64,000 bases of DNA, from assembly GCA_049602735.1 (NCBI GenBank), contig JBMYRW010000007.1:4370-68369 (forward strand). The letters run 5' to 3'. Below, piece by piece: positions 32,168-41,443 of the stretch; within the stretch, counting starts at the first letter, position 1, and each line of letters starts with the position of its first letter. The DNA comes from Thermoplasmatota archaeon. GTDB taxonomy: Archaea > Thermoplasmatota > E2 > JACPAO01 > JAHFTW01. The notes under the pieces were generated by a model. It was not told the origin of the DNA. It saw nothing but the letters and a program-made list of their open reading frames with translations, and did no database searches. Made by a program: the position numbers and the translations under genes.

Positions 32168-32688
32168 TGGGGCCCGACGACACGGACGAGGCACCCCGCA
32201 AAGGCATCCCTGCTTCCTGGTTCGTGGCCCCGGTGGGCGTGCTGTTCGTCGTGCTCGTCGTGGTAGGGGCCGTCGACCTCTATCAGAACGTCACCAACGA
32301 CCACGGCGCCTGGGAGGTCTGGACCGAGGATCCGCTACGCGACGACGAGCGGGACATCCTGCACCACCACGCGGAACGCACGTTCTCCTTCGAGGCGATC
32401 ATGAGCAGCCGGGACATCCTGGTGGGCGGCGGGTATGCCGGGACTTTGCCGCCAGGGCAGTACACGCTGGAGGTCCAGGGGGATCCTGGTGGCAACGTGA
32501 CGTACGAGACCGTCACCGGCAACACCGGCCGCTGCGAGATGGACGGCGGCGCCTGCACGTTCACGTTCAACGTCACTGAGCCCTGGAAGCCGGCCAAGGA
32601 GCAGTACGCCATCCGGTGGCTGCATGAGGCCCCCACGGACACCGAAGGCTACCGTCTGGTGGCCCGCGTCACCGTCGCCACGGACTAG
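32167..32688 (+). CDS. Membrane-anchored hypothetical protein
   Basis: The ATG overlaps the thioesterase stop. It has one TM helix (WFVAPVGVLFVVLVVVGAV) followed by a soluble domain with NxT sequons. No family was recognised. Confidence 0.5.
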   Translation: MGPDDTDEAPRKGIPASWFVAPVGVLFVVLVVVGAVDLYQNVTNDHGAWEVWTEDPLRDDERDILHHHAERTFSFEAIMSSRDILVGGGYAGTLPPGQYTLEVQGDPGGNVTYETVTGNTGRCEMDGGACTFTFNVTEPWKPAKEQYAIRWLHEAPTDTEGYRLVARVTVATD

Positions 32689-34040
32689 GGCCAGGGCGCC
32701 AGCGGATAACGGTCGAGTACCTCACTGTTGTAGAGGCGCCCCTGACCATCGCGTACCACGGGGCCGTAGGGCGAATCGGCGAAGCCGTCGCTGTCGCGGT
32801 CCGTGTGGTCGTGGCGGCTCCAGAAGTTGCCACCGATCTGCGGGCCGCCCAGGACGTTGGGGCCCGGCTGCGGCTCCACGTACCAGTCGTGGGGCAACGG
32901 ATGCGCGCCCCCCGTCGGTTGGAACGGCAGACGCTCCAGGGACGGGAAGGTCTCGCGCAGCATGTCCAACACGGCGCCCAGGTCGCATTCCCGCTCCGAG
33001 AACGCATCGCGGAGGTGGTTGTCGAACACGTTGTCGTAGATGATGCCCTGGGCGCTGCACCCGAGGCGCATGCCGTCGATGTTGCCCAGGAAATGGTTCC
33101 GGGTCACCACGTGGTCGCCGGCCGCGTAGGTGAGGTACCCCACGTCGTTGTCAAGGATCTGGTTGTCGGCGATCAGGAACTGCACGAAGATGCCGCTGAT
33201 GCCGGCGATGAACACGCCCACCTCGTGGTCACGCACCGTGTTGTGCTGGACGAGCACCGCACGTTCAGGGGCACTGTCGATCCAGATCCCATACTGGAAA
33301 GGCTCCACGCGGGCCGAGCGGTTGGAGTCGATCGTGTTGTGTTCGATGAGCAGGACATCCGGCTGGGAGGCGCGCACCGCGCCGCGGATCGTGTTGTTGG
33401 AGATCTCGGCGTCGCCACAGCCCCGCATGCCGACCTCCGCGCGTAGGATGTTGTGCTCGAAGACGCCCTCGAGGCACCGGTCCATGAGGAACGCTCCGTT
33501 GAGGATCGTATTGTGGTGGACGTGCCAGCCGTCCAGGTCGATGATCTGGGCACTGAAGACCGTCCGTCGGATGAAGTTGTGGCGTACTTCCAGATCGACC
33601 AGATCGTCCCCGACGATGCCGAAGGCGCACGAGGCGAAGTCGTTGCGGATGATGTGCAGGTCGATGCTCGTCTCCGCCTCGATGCACTGGTGCAGGAGGG
33701 CGAACCGGTTGTGTTGGATCGTCACGTTATGGGTGCTGGCCAGGTGGATACCGGTCTGGCCGTCGTGGATGTGGTTGAGCCGGATCAGCAGACTCGACAC
33801 GGTCCCGGTCACGGAGATGCCGGTGCCGCCGCTTCCGGCCGTGATGTCGTACCCTTCGATGATGTAGGGATCGGCCGGCACCCCGCTGCCCGGCCAGCCT
33901 TCCAAGGCCGCCTGGGCTGCCAGGTCGGCGTCGCTGGTGATCACAATGGGGGCGTGGGGTGTCGCTGCCGGGGCGCTGGGCAGGCCCACCAGGACCAGGA
34001 GCACCAGCGCGGCCCAGGCGCCGGAGCGTGGGGCGAGCAT
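32685..34040 (-). CDS. Secreted right-handed beta-helix (NosD/CASH-like) protein
   Basis: Signal peptide MLAPRSGAWAALVLLVLVGLPSAPA and many repeats of the N-x-[IF]-x-x-N / H-N-T-[IV] type that are characteristic of parallel beta-helix repeats. Confidence 0.65.
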   Translation of the reverse strand: MLAPRSGAWAALVLLVLVGLPSAPAATPHAPIVITSDADLAAQAALEGWPGSGVPADPYIIEGYDITAGSGGTGISVTGTVSSLLIRLNHIHDGQTGIHLASTHNVTIQHNRFALLHQCIEAETSIDLHIIRNDFASCAFGIVGDDLVDLEVRHNFIRRTVFSAQIIDLDGWHVHHNTILNGAFLMDRCLEGVFEHNILRAEVGMRGCGDAEISNNTIRGAVRASQPDVLLIEHNTIDSNRSARVEPFQYGIWIDSAPERAVLVQHNTVRDHEVGVFIAGISGIFVQFLIADNQILDNDVGYLTYAAGDHVVTRNHFLGNIDGMRLGCSAQGIIYDNVFDNHLRDAFSERECDLGAVLDMLRETFPSLERLPFQPTGGAHPLPHDWYVEPQPGPNVLGGPQIGGNFWSRHDHTDRDSDGFADSPYGPVVRDGQGRLYNSEVLDRYPLAPWP

Positions 34041-34135
34041 GAGTTTGAGCCGGCATCCGCTATGTTAATGCTTGGCAGGCGAGGGGCTGCGGAGGCAGGC
34101 CCAACCCTGAAGAGCCCCCTCAGGGTCGCCGCCGC

Positions 34136-35428
34136 GTGAGCGAGCCCCGCGATGGCGACCGCGTCCGTGTGACCACCCAGGACGGCCGTGAGCATGAAGG
34201 GGTGCTGATGCCCCGCCATGCCTTCAGCAGCCCCGACACGTTGGTCCTGAAGCTGGACAACGGCTACAACCTGGGCCTCCCCGCCCAAGGGGCCACCGTA
34301 GAGCTCGTGGCGGCTGCCAAAGCGCGCCCGAAGATGGCCGGTCTGCCCGAGGAAGACCCGTCGAAGCCGACCGTGGCGATCCTGGGCACCGGTGGCACCA
34401 TCGCCAGCTTCGTCGACTACCGCACCGGCGGCGTCTACCCGGCCACGCGGCCGGAGGAGCTGGCCGCCGCGGCGCCGGAGATCTTCGATACCGCTAACGT
34501 GCGCGCCGAGGTGGTCTTCAACCAGTTCAGCGAGGACCTGCAACCGGACGACTGGACCAAGATCGCCGAGCGGGCCGCCTGGCACCTCAACAACGGCGCC
34601 CGCGGCGTCGTCATCCCCCACGGTACGGACACGCTCGCCTACACGGCCGCCGCCCTGGCGTTCTGTCTCAAGGACCTGACCGGGCCCGTGGTGCTGGTCG
34701 GCGCCCAACGCAGCAGCGACCGTCCCTCCAGTGACGCCGGGCTCAACCTGACCGCCGCGGTGCAGGCCGCAGCGCAGGCCGAAGCCGGCGAGGTCTTGGT
34801 CGCCATGCACGGCTCCAGCGACGACGACGCCGTTGCCCTTCACCGGGCCACGCGGGTGCGCAAGATGCACACGAGTCGCCGCGACGCCTTCCAGTCCGTC
34901 AATGTCCCCCCGATGGGTGAGGTCCGCGACGGCAAGGTCCACCTCATCGGCGCCCGCCCCACCGCTTCCGGCCCCGTCCAGGTGGATGCTGTCTGGGACG
35001 AGGACGTCTCCATGATCACCTCGTACCCTGGCCTGTGGCCGGACCACATCGAGGACGTGGTGCGCAAGGCAACGGTGATCGTCGGCACTGGCCTGGGCCA
35101 CATCGCCCGCCGCTGCTTGCCGGGCATCGAGGCGGTCATCGGCCGTGGCGCCCACGTGGTGATGGCGAGCCAATGCATCCATGGCCGCACGAACCTCAAC
35201 GTCTACGCCACGGGGCGCGACCTGCTCCAGCTTGGCGTCCTTCCCGCCGAGGACATGTTGCCCGAAGTGGCGTACATCAAGATGATGTGGATCCTCGGGC
35301 ACACCCAGGACCCGGACGAGGTCCGCCGTCTCTTCCTGACACCGCTGGCCGGCGAGATCGCCGCCCCCACGGCCCCGGAATCCTACGGGCATCTCGCCGA
35401 TGCGGTGGTCCCGGAGGCCAAGGCATGA
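34136..35428 (+). CDS. gatD: Glutamyl-tRNA(Gln) amidotransferase subunit D
   Basis: Asparaginase-like core ILGTGGTIAS, HGTDT and the archaeal GatD N-terminal domain. It is followed by gatE. Confidence 0.9.
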   Translation: MSEPRDGDRVRVTTQDGREHEGVLMPRHAFSSPDTLVLKLDNGYNLGLPAQGATVELVAAAKARPKMAGLPEEDPSKPTVAILGTGGTIASFVDYRTGGVYPATRPEELAAAAPEIFDTANVRAEVVFNQFSEDLQPDDWTKIAERAAWHLNNGARGVVIPHGTDTLAYTAAALAFCLKDLTGPVVLVGAQRSSDRPSSDAGLNLTAAVQAAAQAEAGEVLVAMHGSSDDDAVALHRATRVRKMHTSRRDAFQSVNVPPMGEVRDGKVHLIGARPTASGPVQVDAVWDEDVSMITSYPGLWPDHIEDVVRKATVIVGTGLGHIARRCLPGIEAVIGRGAHVVMASQCIHGRTNLNVYATGRDLLQLGVLPAEDMLPEVAYIKMMWILGHTQDPDEVRRLFLTPLAGEIAAPTAPESYGHLADAVVPEAKA

Positions 35429-37395
35429 GCGGCGCGAGCGGCATGAGTGGCGACGAGGCGCGCCGTCTCGCCGTCGAGGCCGACGCGGGTGAGCTGGACT
35501 ACGAAGCGCTCGGCTTCAAGTGCGGCCTGGAGATCCACCAGCAGCTCGACACCACCAAGCTCCACTGCCCTTGCCCCAGCCAGGTCGTGGACCCGGACGA
35601 AGTGGCCCGCCGTGCGACCGTGCAGGTGGACCGCCGCCTGCGCGCCACGCAGTCCGAGCTGGGTGACACGGACGCCGCCGCCCTCGCCGAGGCACGCCGT
35701 CGCCGCAGCTTCCGTTACCTGGCCCTCCAGGACGCCACGTGCCTGGTGGAGCTGGACGAAGAGCCGCCCCATCCGCTCAACCCCGACGCACTCGACGTGA
35801 CGCTCCAGCTCGCCGGCCTGGTGGGCGCCACGCCCGCTGCCGAGGTGCACGTCATGCGCAAGACCGTCATCGACGGCAGCAACACGAGCGGCTTCCAACG
35901 CACCGCCCTCGTGGCCACCGGAGGCAGCATCGACGCCTCCGTGGAGGACCCGGCCTACCCGGACGTGCCCGTCTGGACGATCGCCGTCGAGGAGGACTCG
36001 GCCCGCAAGCTCGCCGAAGGGCCGGGTGGCCTGGTCACCTACACGCTCGACCGCCTCGGCATCCCCCTCATCGAACTGGCGACCGGCCCCGGCATCGTCG
36101 ATCCGTTCCACGCCCAGGCGACGGCCCGCCGCATCGGAGGCCTCCTGCGCGCCACCGGCCGCGTCAAGCGTGGCCTGGGCACCATCCGTCAGGACCTCAA
36201 CGTCAGCATCGGCGTGGGTGACCGCGTGGAGATCAAGGGATGCCAGGACCTGCGCGCCGTGCCCAAGGTGATCGAGAACGAAGTGCGCCGCCAGCTCTGG
36301 CTGCACCACATCCGTGAGAGCCTCGCCGAGCGCGGCTTCGACCCCGACGTGGTGCCGGAGCCCGTGGACGTCACCGAGGCGTTCGCGGCGTCCCAGTCCA
36401 AGGTCGTCAAGGGCGCCCTGAAGCGTAAGGGCAAGGTCCTCGCGCTGGGACTCCCCAAGTGGAACGGCCTCATCCAGGGCGGCGCCAAGGACGGCCCCCG
36501 CATGGGCCGCGAATTCGCCGACCACGCCAAGGTCGCCGCCGGCGTCCGGGGGGTCTTCCACAGCGACGAACTGCCCGCGTACGGCATCGAACTACCGGAG
36601 GTCGAGGGGGTCCACAAGAGCCTCGGACTCGGCCCCGACGATGCCTTCGTGCTGTGCGTCGAACAGGAACCGGTCGCCCGTCGGGCCCTCGAAGCGGTCG
36701 CCGAGCGTGCCCGCGCCGCCACCGGGCCCAGCCCCAAAGAGGTGCGCGCCGCTCAGCCGGACGACTCCACCCGTTACCTGCGCCCGCTGCCCGGCGCCGC
36801 CCGTATGTACCCTGAGACCGACATCCCGCCCAGCCCCGTCGGAGCCGACGTCTGGAACGATGTCCTCGCCCGGCTGCCGGCACGGCCCGAAGAGGTGGTC
36901 GCCAGGCTCACCACAGGTGGCCTCTCGGAGGACCTGGCCGGCCAGATGGTCCGCGATGGACGCGTGGCCGCCTACGACGACCTGCTTGCCGCCGGCGGCG
37001 AACCGGCCCTCGTGGCCCGCATCCTGCTCCAGTTGCTCCCCGAACGCACGAACCAGGAGGCCCTTCTGGCCCGCGTACCGGAGCTCCTGTCCGCTCTGGC
37101 CGACGGCGCCTTCGCCAAGGAGGCCCTTCCCGAACTGTTGGTGGCCCTCGACGACGAGCCCACCATGGGCATCGAAGCGGCCATCCAAGCCGCAGGGGTC
37201 GCCGCCGCTGATGCATCGCTTGTGGACGACATCGTCGCCAAGGTGATCGCCGACCGCATGGACTTCGTCAAGGAGCGCGGCATGGGCGCCATGGGTCCCC
37301 TGATGGGACCGGTCATGGCCGAACTGCGCGGCAAGGCGGACGGCAAGGCGGTCTCAGATGCCCTCAAGAAGCACCTGGGGGCCGCGCTCGCCTAG
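35425..37395 (+). CDS. gatE: Glutamyl-tRNA(Gln) amidotransferase subunit E
   Basis: GFKCGLEIHQQL, NTSGFQRTA and a C-terminal YqeY-like tail. The start ATG at 35425 overlaps the gatD stop, so the track extension to 35035 is rejected. Confidence 0.9.
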   Translation: MSGASGMSGDEARRLAVEADAGELDYEALGFKCGLEIHQQLDTTKLHCPCPSQVVDPDEVARRATVQVDRRLRATQSELGDTDAAALAEARRRRSFRYLALQDATCLVELDEEPPHPLNPDALDVTLQLAGLVGATPAAEVHVMRKTVIDGSNTSGFQRTALVATGGSIDASVEDPAYPDVPVWTIAVEEDSARKLAEGPGGLVTYTLDRLGIPLIELATGPGIVDPFHAQATARRIGGLLRATGRVKRGLGTIRQDLNVSIGVGDRVEIKGCQDLRAVPKVIENEVRRQLWLHHIRESLAERGFDPDVVPEPVDVTEAFAASQSKVVKGALKRKGKVLALGLPKWNGLIQGGAKDGPRMGREFADHAKVAAGVRGVFHSDELPAYGIELPEVEGVHKSLGLGPDDAFVLCVEQEPVARRALEAVAERARAATGPSPKEVRAAQPDDSTRYLRPLPGAARMYPETDIPPSPVGADVWNDVLARLPARPEEVVARLTTGGLSEDLAGQMVRDGRVAAYDDLLAAGGEPALVARILLQLLPERTNQEALLARVPELLSALADGAFAKEALPELLVALDDEPTMGIEAAIQAAGVAAADASLVDDIVAKVIADRMDFVKERGMGAMGPLMGPVMAELRGKADGKAVSDALKKHLGAALA

Positions 37396-37512
37396 GTCGC
37401 CGCCGCCCACAGCAGGCAGGCAGACTCCTGCGGGCCGACAGCCACGGCACCGAATCAGCTAAGTGTAGCGCCATCTCTGTTCGAGAGACCATACGTGGTC
37501 GGAGTCACGATC

Positions 37513-37809
37513 ATGAAGCACGTTCTTCTCGTGGCTGCGCTGACGGCCCTTGCCTTCGCGCTGCCCCTCGACGCCCAGGCGACCTGCGACGCCAACGACG
37601 AATACACGACCGCTGGTCTGCTGTACATCGACGACCACCTGACCAACCCGTCGGACCACCCGACGGCCACGCCGCTTCCGGTCCCCTACGTGTACCTGGA
37701 GACCAACGGCCAGGCGGGCCTGCAGCGCGAAGTCCCTGACGACGACGGCTTCAGCATGGACGCCTCGGGTCACTGCGGCTCCAACAACCCCGACCAGTGG
37801 CTCTTCTGA
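37513..37809 (+). CDS. Small secreted protein, family C paralog 1
   Basis: Signal peptide MKHVLLVAALTALAFALPLDAQA. The mature part has 2 Cys and the motif YLETNGQAGLQ...CGSNNPD, shared with 38506..38799. Confidence 0.7.
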   Translation: MKHVLLVAALTALAFALPLDAQATCDANDEYTTAGLLYIDDHLTNPSDHPTATPLPVPYVYLETNGQAGLQREVPDDDGFSMDASGHCGSNNPDQWLF

Positions 37810-37818
37810 AGCCCTGAT

Positions 37819-37848
37819 CCTTCCTCTTCCTTCCCTTCCTCGCTTTTC
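37819..37848 (+). terminator. CT-rich tract after family C paralog 1
   Basis: ccttcctcttccttcccttcctcgcttttc lies between the stop codon and the maf ATG. Confidence 0.35.
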
Positions 37849-38418
37849 ATGATGATCCTTGCCTCAGCGTCGCCCCGACGCCAGAGCTTGTTGGCCGACC
37901 TTGTACCATCGTTTGCGGTCGAGCCCGCCGGCATCGATGAGTCGCTTCCTCCCGGCATCAAGGCAGAGGCGGCGGTCGTCCGGCTTGCTCGTGCCAAGGC
38001 GGAGGCGGTGGCCCAGCGGCATCCCGGACGGCCGGTCCTGGCGGCCGACACGCTGGTGGAGGCCAACGATGGCGCGATCCTCGGGCAACCGACCGACGAG
38101 AGCGAGGCGATCGCCTCCATGCGCCGCCTGAGCAGCGGGGAGCACCGCGTCTGGACCGGATGGTGCCTCATCGACGCGGATGGCCGCGTGCAGCACGGAC
38201 GTGAAGCGACGGTGATCCGGCTGGACCCGCCGCCTGGGCTGCTGGAGGCCTACGTGGCCCAAGGCACGTGGCAGGGCCGGGCAGGCGGCTATGACATCGA
38301 GGATGCACTGCTGGCGCCCCATCTTCTCCTCGTAGAGGGCACGCGGGAGAACGCCATGGGTCTCCCGATCGGCACCTTGGCACCGCTGCTCGCCAGTCTT
38401 GGGCCTGTCAGACCGTGA
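37849..38418 (+). CDS. maf: Maf-like nucleoside triphosphate pyrophosphatase
   Basis: MMILASASPRRQSLL N-terminus and GAYGIQ-like GGYDIED. Confidence 0.85.
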   Translation: MMILASASPRRQSLLADLVPSFAVEPAGIDESLPPGIKAEAAVVRLARAKAEAVAQRHPGRPVLAADTLVEANDGAILGQPTDESEAIASMRRLSSGEHRVWTGWCLIDADGRVQHGREATVIRLDPPPGLLEAYVAQGTWQGRAGGYDIEDALLAPHLLLVEGTRENAMGLPIGTLAPLLASLGPVRP

Positions 38419-38505
38419 CACGAAATGGGGGAAACGGTTAAGGGCGATCCAGGCGCCTCACGGAAAACCGTCCGAAAGGGCGGTGCTGGTCTAAGGAGAG
38501 TAACC

Positions 38506-38799
38506 ATGATTCGACATACCCTGGTCCTGGCAGCCTTGACGGTCCCGCTGCTGGCCACCATCCCCGCCACGTCCGCCGCTTGCACCACCGACGACGGTGC
38601 CACCGGCTTCGGCCTCAACGCCGCCGTGGTGCCCGATGCTGTCTTCGATGCCATGCCGTTCTACGGCGAGTCCCCGCAGCGCTACCTCGGTGGCGACCTG
38701 TACTACTACTACGGCTCTGACGGCATCTTCTACAAGGAGAGCAACGGCGAGCCTGGTCTGCAGACCGGCTGCGCCAACTCGGACACCTACGTCCTGTAG
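38506..38799 (+). CDS. Small secreted protein, family C paralog 2
   Basis: TAAGGAG lies upstream of ATG 38506. It has signal peptide MIRHTLVLAALTVPLLATIPATSAA, 2 Cys, and the motif YKESNGEPGLQTGCANSD. Confidence 0.7.
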   Translation: MIRHTLVLAALTVPLLATIPATSAACTTDDGATGFGLNAAVVPDAVFDAMPFYGESPQRYLGGDLYYYYGSDGIFYKESNGEPGLQTGCANSDTYVL

Positions 38800-38821
38800 G
38801 TCCCCCGACGTCCCTTGGACG

Positions 38822-38862
38822 CCCTTTCTCTCCCCCTTCGGCCCCTTATTTTTCCCTGATTC
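38822..38862 (+). terminator. CT-rich tract with a T5 run after family C paralog 2
   Basis: ccctttctctcccccttcggccccttatttttccctgattc. Confidence 0.4.
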
Positions 38863-38933
38863 TGATGTGAGTCCATGCGCCAGCGTGCGCGCCGCGTCGT
38901 TCCCCTTTTGACGGGGCTCCTCGTCGCCGCTGT

Positions 38934-40823
38934 GTGGAGGAGACCATCGCCGTCATCGGCGCCGGGACCATGGGTGCACAGATCGCTCTGGCGTTCGCTC
39001 AGGCTGGCCATACGGTGAACCTGGCGGACCGTGACGAAGCGACCGCCGAGGCGGGCAAGCAACGCATCGCGGAGGGCCTGGAGCGCCGGGTCGCCAAGGG
39101 ACGCCTCGCGGCAGACGGCATCCTGGCCAGGATGCGCCCCGTGGGCAGCGTGGAGGCCGCCGTCGAAGGGGTCGCCATGGTCGTCGAAGCGGTCTTCGAG
39201 GACCTGGCGATCAAGCAGGACCTGTTCCGCCGTCTTGGCCAGATGTGCGGCCCGGAGGTCCTGCTGGGCACGAACACTTCGAGCTTCCGCGTCCGGGACC
39301 TGGCGGCCGCAAGCGCCCATCCGGAGCGCGTCGTCGGCCTCCACTTCTTCCTGCCTGCCTCCGTGAACCTCCTCGTGGAGGTGGTCCAGGCGCCCGACAC
39401 CTCCGACGAGGCTTTCGCCCGCACCTGGGACCTCGTGGAGGGCATCGGCAAGACGGTGATCCGCACCGGCGATGCTCCCGGCTTCGCGGTCAACCGATTC
39501 CTGCTGCCGTGGATGAACGAAGCGTGCCGCGTGCTGGCGGCCGGCGAGGTCCCCATGGGCACGTTGGAGGTCGCGGCGCGACAGGTCTTCGGCATCGGGA
39601 TGGGCCCTTTCGCCCTCATGAACGCCACGGGGCTCCCCGTGGACCATCACGCCGTGCGCACGCTCTTCGATCACCTGGGTGACTACTACGAACCTGATGC
39701 TGAACTGGCCCGCCGGGGCGACGCGAATGAGCCCTGGGTGCTGCCCACCAGCGACGAAGAGCCAGCGGACCTGACGGCCGAGGAAGCCCTGGAGGCGGTG
39801 TGGCCTCTGACCGCGGCGGCGCTCGGCGTCGCGTGCCACCTCGTGGAGGAAGGCGTGGCGACACCCCGCGACGTCGACCTGGGTGCCACAGTGGGCCTCC
39901 GTTGGCGCCGTGGCCCGTTCGCGCTCATCCGTCACCTGGGCCCGGAGCGTGTGCTCGGCTGGGTCAAGCGCCTGAACGACCGGTGGGGCGACGCCTTCCC
40001 GGTCCCCGCCCTGCTGGCGGATTGGGCCAGCGGCGTGGCCGAAGTCGAGGTGCCTGCGGTGGCCGTCGAGCGCTTCCGCGACGTGGCCCGGTTGACCCTC
40101 GATACCCCTCACCGACTCAACGCCTTGTCCCCGCGTCTGCTGGCCGACCTGGAGGCGGGGCTCACCTCCATTGAAGGGGACCCTTCGGTGCGCGCGGTGA
40201 TCCTCACGGGCCAAGGCAAGGCGTTCGCCGCCGGCGCGGACGTGCCGGGCATGATGGCCATGAGCCAGGAGGAGATGACCGAGTACGCGGCGTACGGCAA
40301 CAGGCTCTTCGACCGCCTGGCGCGGCTGCGTTGCCCGGTCGTCGTGGCCCTCAACGGCCTCGCCCTGGGCGGCGGGTTGGAGCTGGCGCTCTGCGGGGAC
40401 ATCCTGGTCGCCTCCGACAAGGCACAAGTGGGCCTCCCGGAGGTCAAGCTGGGTCTGCATCCGGGCTGGGGTGGCACCCAGCGGTTGCCCCGCCGCATCG
40501 GCGTCGGGCGGGCCAAGGACCTGATCCTCACGGGGCGCAACGTCCCGGCCGCCGAAGCCCATGCGATGGGGCTCGTCGACCGCGTGGTGCCCCACGTCCG
40601 TCTGCAACGGGAGGCCCTCGAACTAGCCCGCAACCTCACGACCAACGGCCCGCTGGCCATGGCGGCCGCCAAGTGCGCCATCGATGACGGCTTCGGCCTA
40701 CCCTTCGAGGACGCCATGGCCGTGGAGGCAGCATCGCTTGCGACGCTGAATGCCAGCAAGGACCGTGCCGAAGGGCTCGCGGCCTTCGTGGAACGCCGAC
40801 CGGCACGGTTCGAGGGTGCCTGA
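38934..40823 (+). CDS. Fused 3-hydroxyacyl-CoA dehydrogenase / enoyl-CoA hydratase
   Basis: N-terminal NAD-binding VIGAGTMGAQIA with an HCDH C-terminal domain, then a crotonase fold (GKAFAAGADV, LNGLALGGGLELAL). GTG start. Confidence 0.85.
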   Translation: MEETIAVIGAGTMGAQIALAFAQAGHTVNLADRDEATAEAGKQRIAEGLERRVAKGRLAADGILARMRPVGSVEAAVEGVAMVVEAVFEDLAIKQDLFRRLGQMCGPEVLLGTNTSSFRVRDLAAASAHPERVVGLHFFLPASVNLLVEVVQAPDTSDEAFARTWDLVEGIGKTVIRTGDAPGFAVNRFLLPWMNEACRVLAAGEVPMGTLEVAARQVFGIGMGPFALMNATGLPVDHHAVRTLFDHLGDYYEPDAELARRGDANEPWVLPTSDEEPADLTAEEALEAVWPLTAAALGVACHLVEEGVATPRDVDLGATVGLRWRRGPFALIRHLGPERVLGWVKRLNDRWGDAFPVPALLADWASGVAEVEVPAVAVERFRDVARLTLDTPHRLNALSPRLLADLEAGLTSIEGDPSVRAVILTGQGKAFAAGADVPGMMAMSQEEMTEYAAYGNRLFDRLARLRCPVVVALNGLALGGGLELALCGDILVASDKAQVGLPEVKLGLHPGWGGTQRLPRRIGVGRAKDLILTGRNVPAAEAHAMGLVDRVVPHVRLQREALELARNLTTNGPLAMAAAKCAIDDGFGLPFEDAMAVEAASLATLNASKDRAEGLAAFVERRPARFEGA

Positions 40824-41443
40824 TGGACCGACAAGGGCTCCTGTGGGTCATCGTGGCCGACCTGGCACTCGTGGCGGCCGGCGCGCTCGCGTACGTCACC
40901 ACATGGCGCCTCCTGTTGGCCGCTTTCGTGGCCGGCGTCGTGGCCCTACCGGGCGTGCTGGACCTCCGCAAGGCGGCCCGGGAAGCCCACGGCACGGATG
41001 CCGAAGCCGCAGCGCTATGGCTGGACAAGGCGCTCAGCTACCTCATCGGGCTTCTGACGACGGCCGTGGTGCTCATCGTTCTGCCGTACCTGACCACGGG
41101 CGAGGACGGCAGCCTCTGGCAGTACCGCAGCTACGCCGGGCTCGGCCTGGCTGTCGTGGGCGGCGGCTGGCTCCTCTGGCACGCCGCCCTGCTGCAGGCC
41201 CTGCGTCCCACAGAGCGCCCCTTCGCCACGCCCCCGGCGCTCCTCACCCTCGTGCTCACCGGCGTCGCCCTCGTACTGCTGGTCCAGGGCTACGACGACG
41301 TGGTGCTCATGGACCGCGTGGACGGCGTCGACGTGCCCACGGTGGACCTGACCCTCACGGCGCTGGTCGTCGGTGCCGCCGGACTCCCGTGGGCCCTGGC
41401 CGCCCTGCGTGAACGGGCTCCTGCCGGAGGCGCCCCGACGTGA
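40823..41443 (+). CDS. Polytopic membrane protein, unknown function
   Basis: About six hydrophobic helices. It has ATGA and GTGA overlaps with its neighbours, which suggests co-transcription with the FadB-like and E1 alpha genes. Confidence 0.5.
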   Translation: MDRQGLLWVIVADLALVAAGALAYVTTWRLLLAAFVAGVVALPGVLDLRKAAREAHGTDAEAAALWLDKALSYLIGLLTTAVVLIVLPYLTTGEDGSLWQYRSYAGLGLAVVGGGWLLWHAALLQALRPTERPFATPPALLTLVLTGVALVLLVQGYDDVVLMDRVDGVDVPTVDLTLTALVVGAAGLPWALAALRERAPAGGAPT

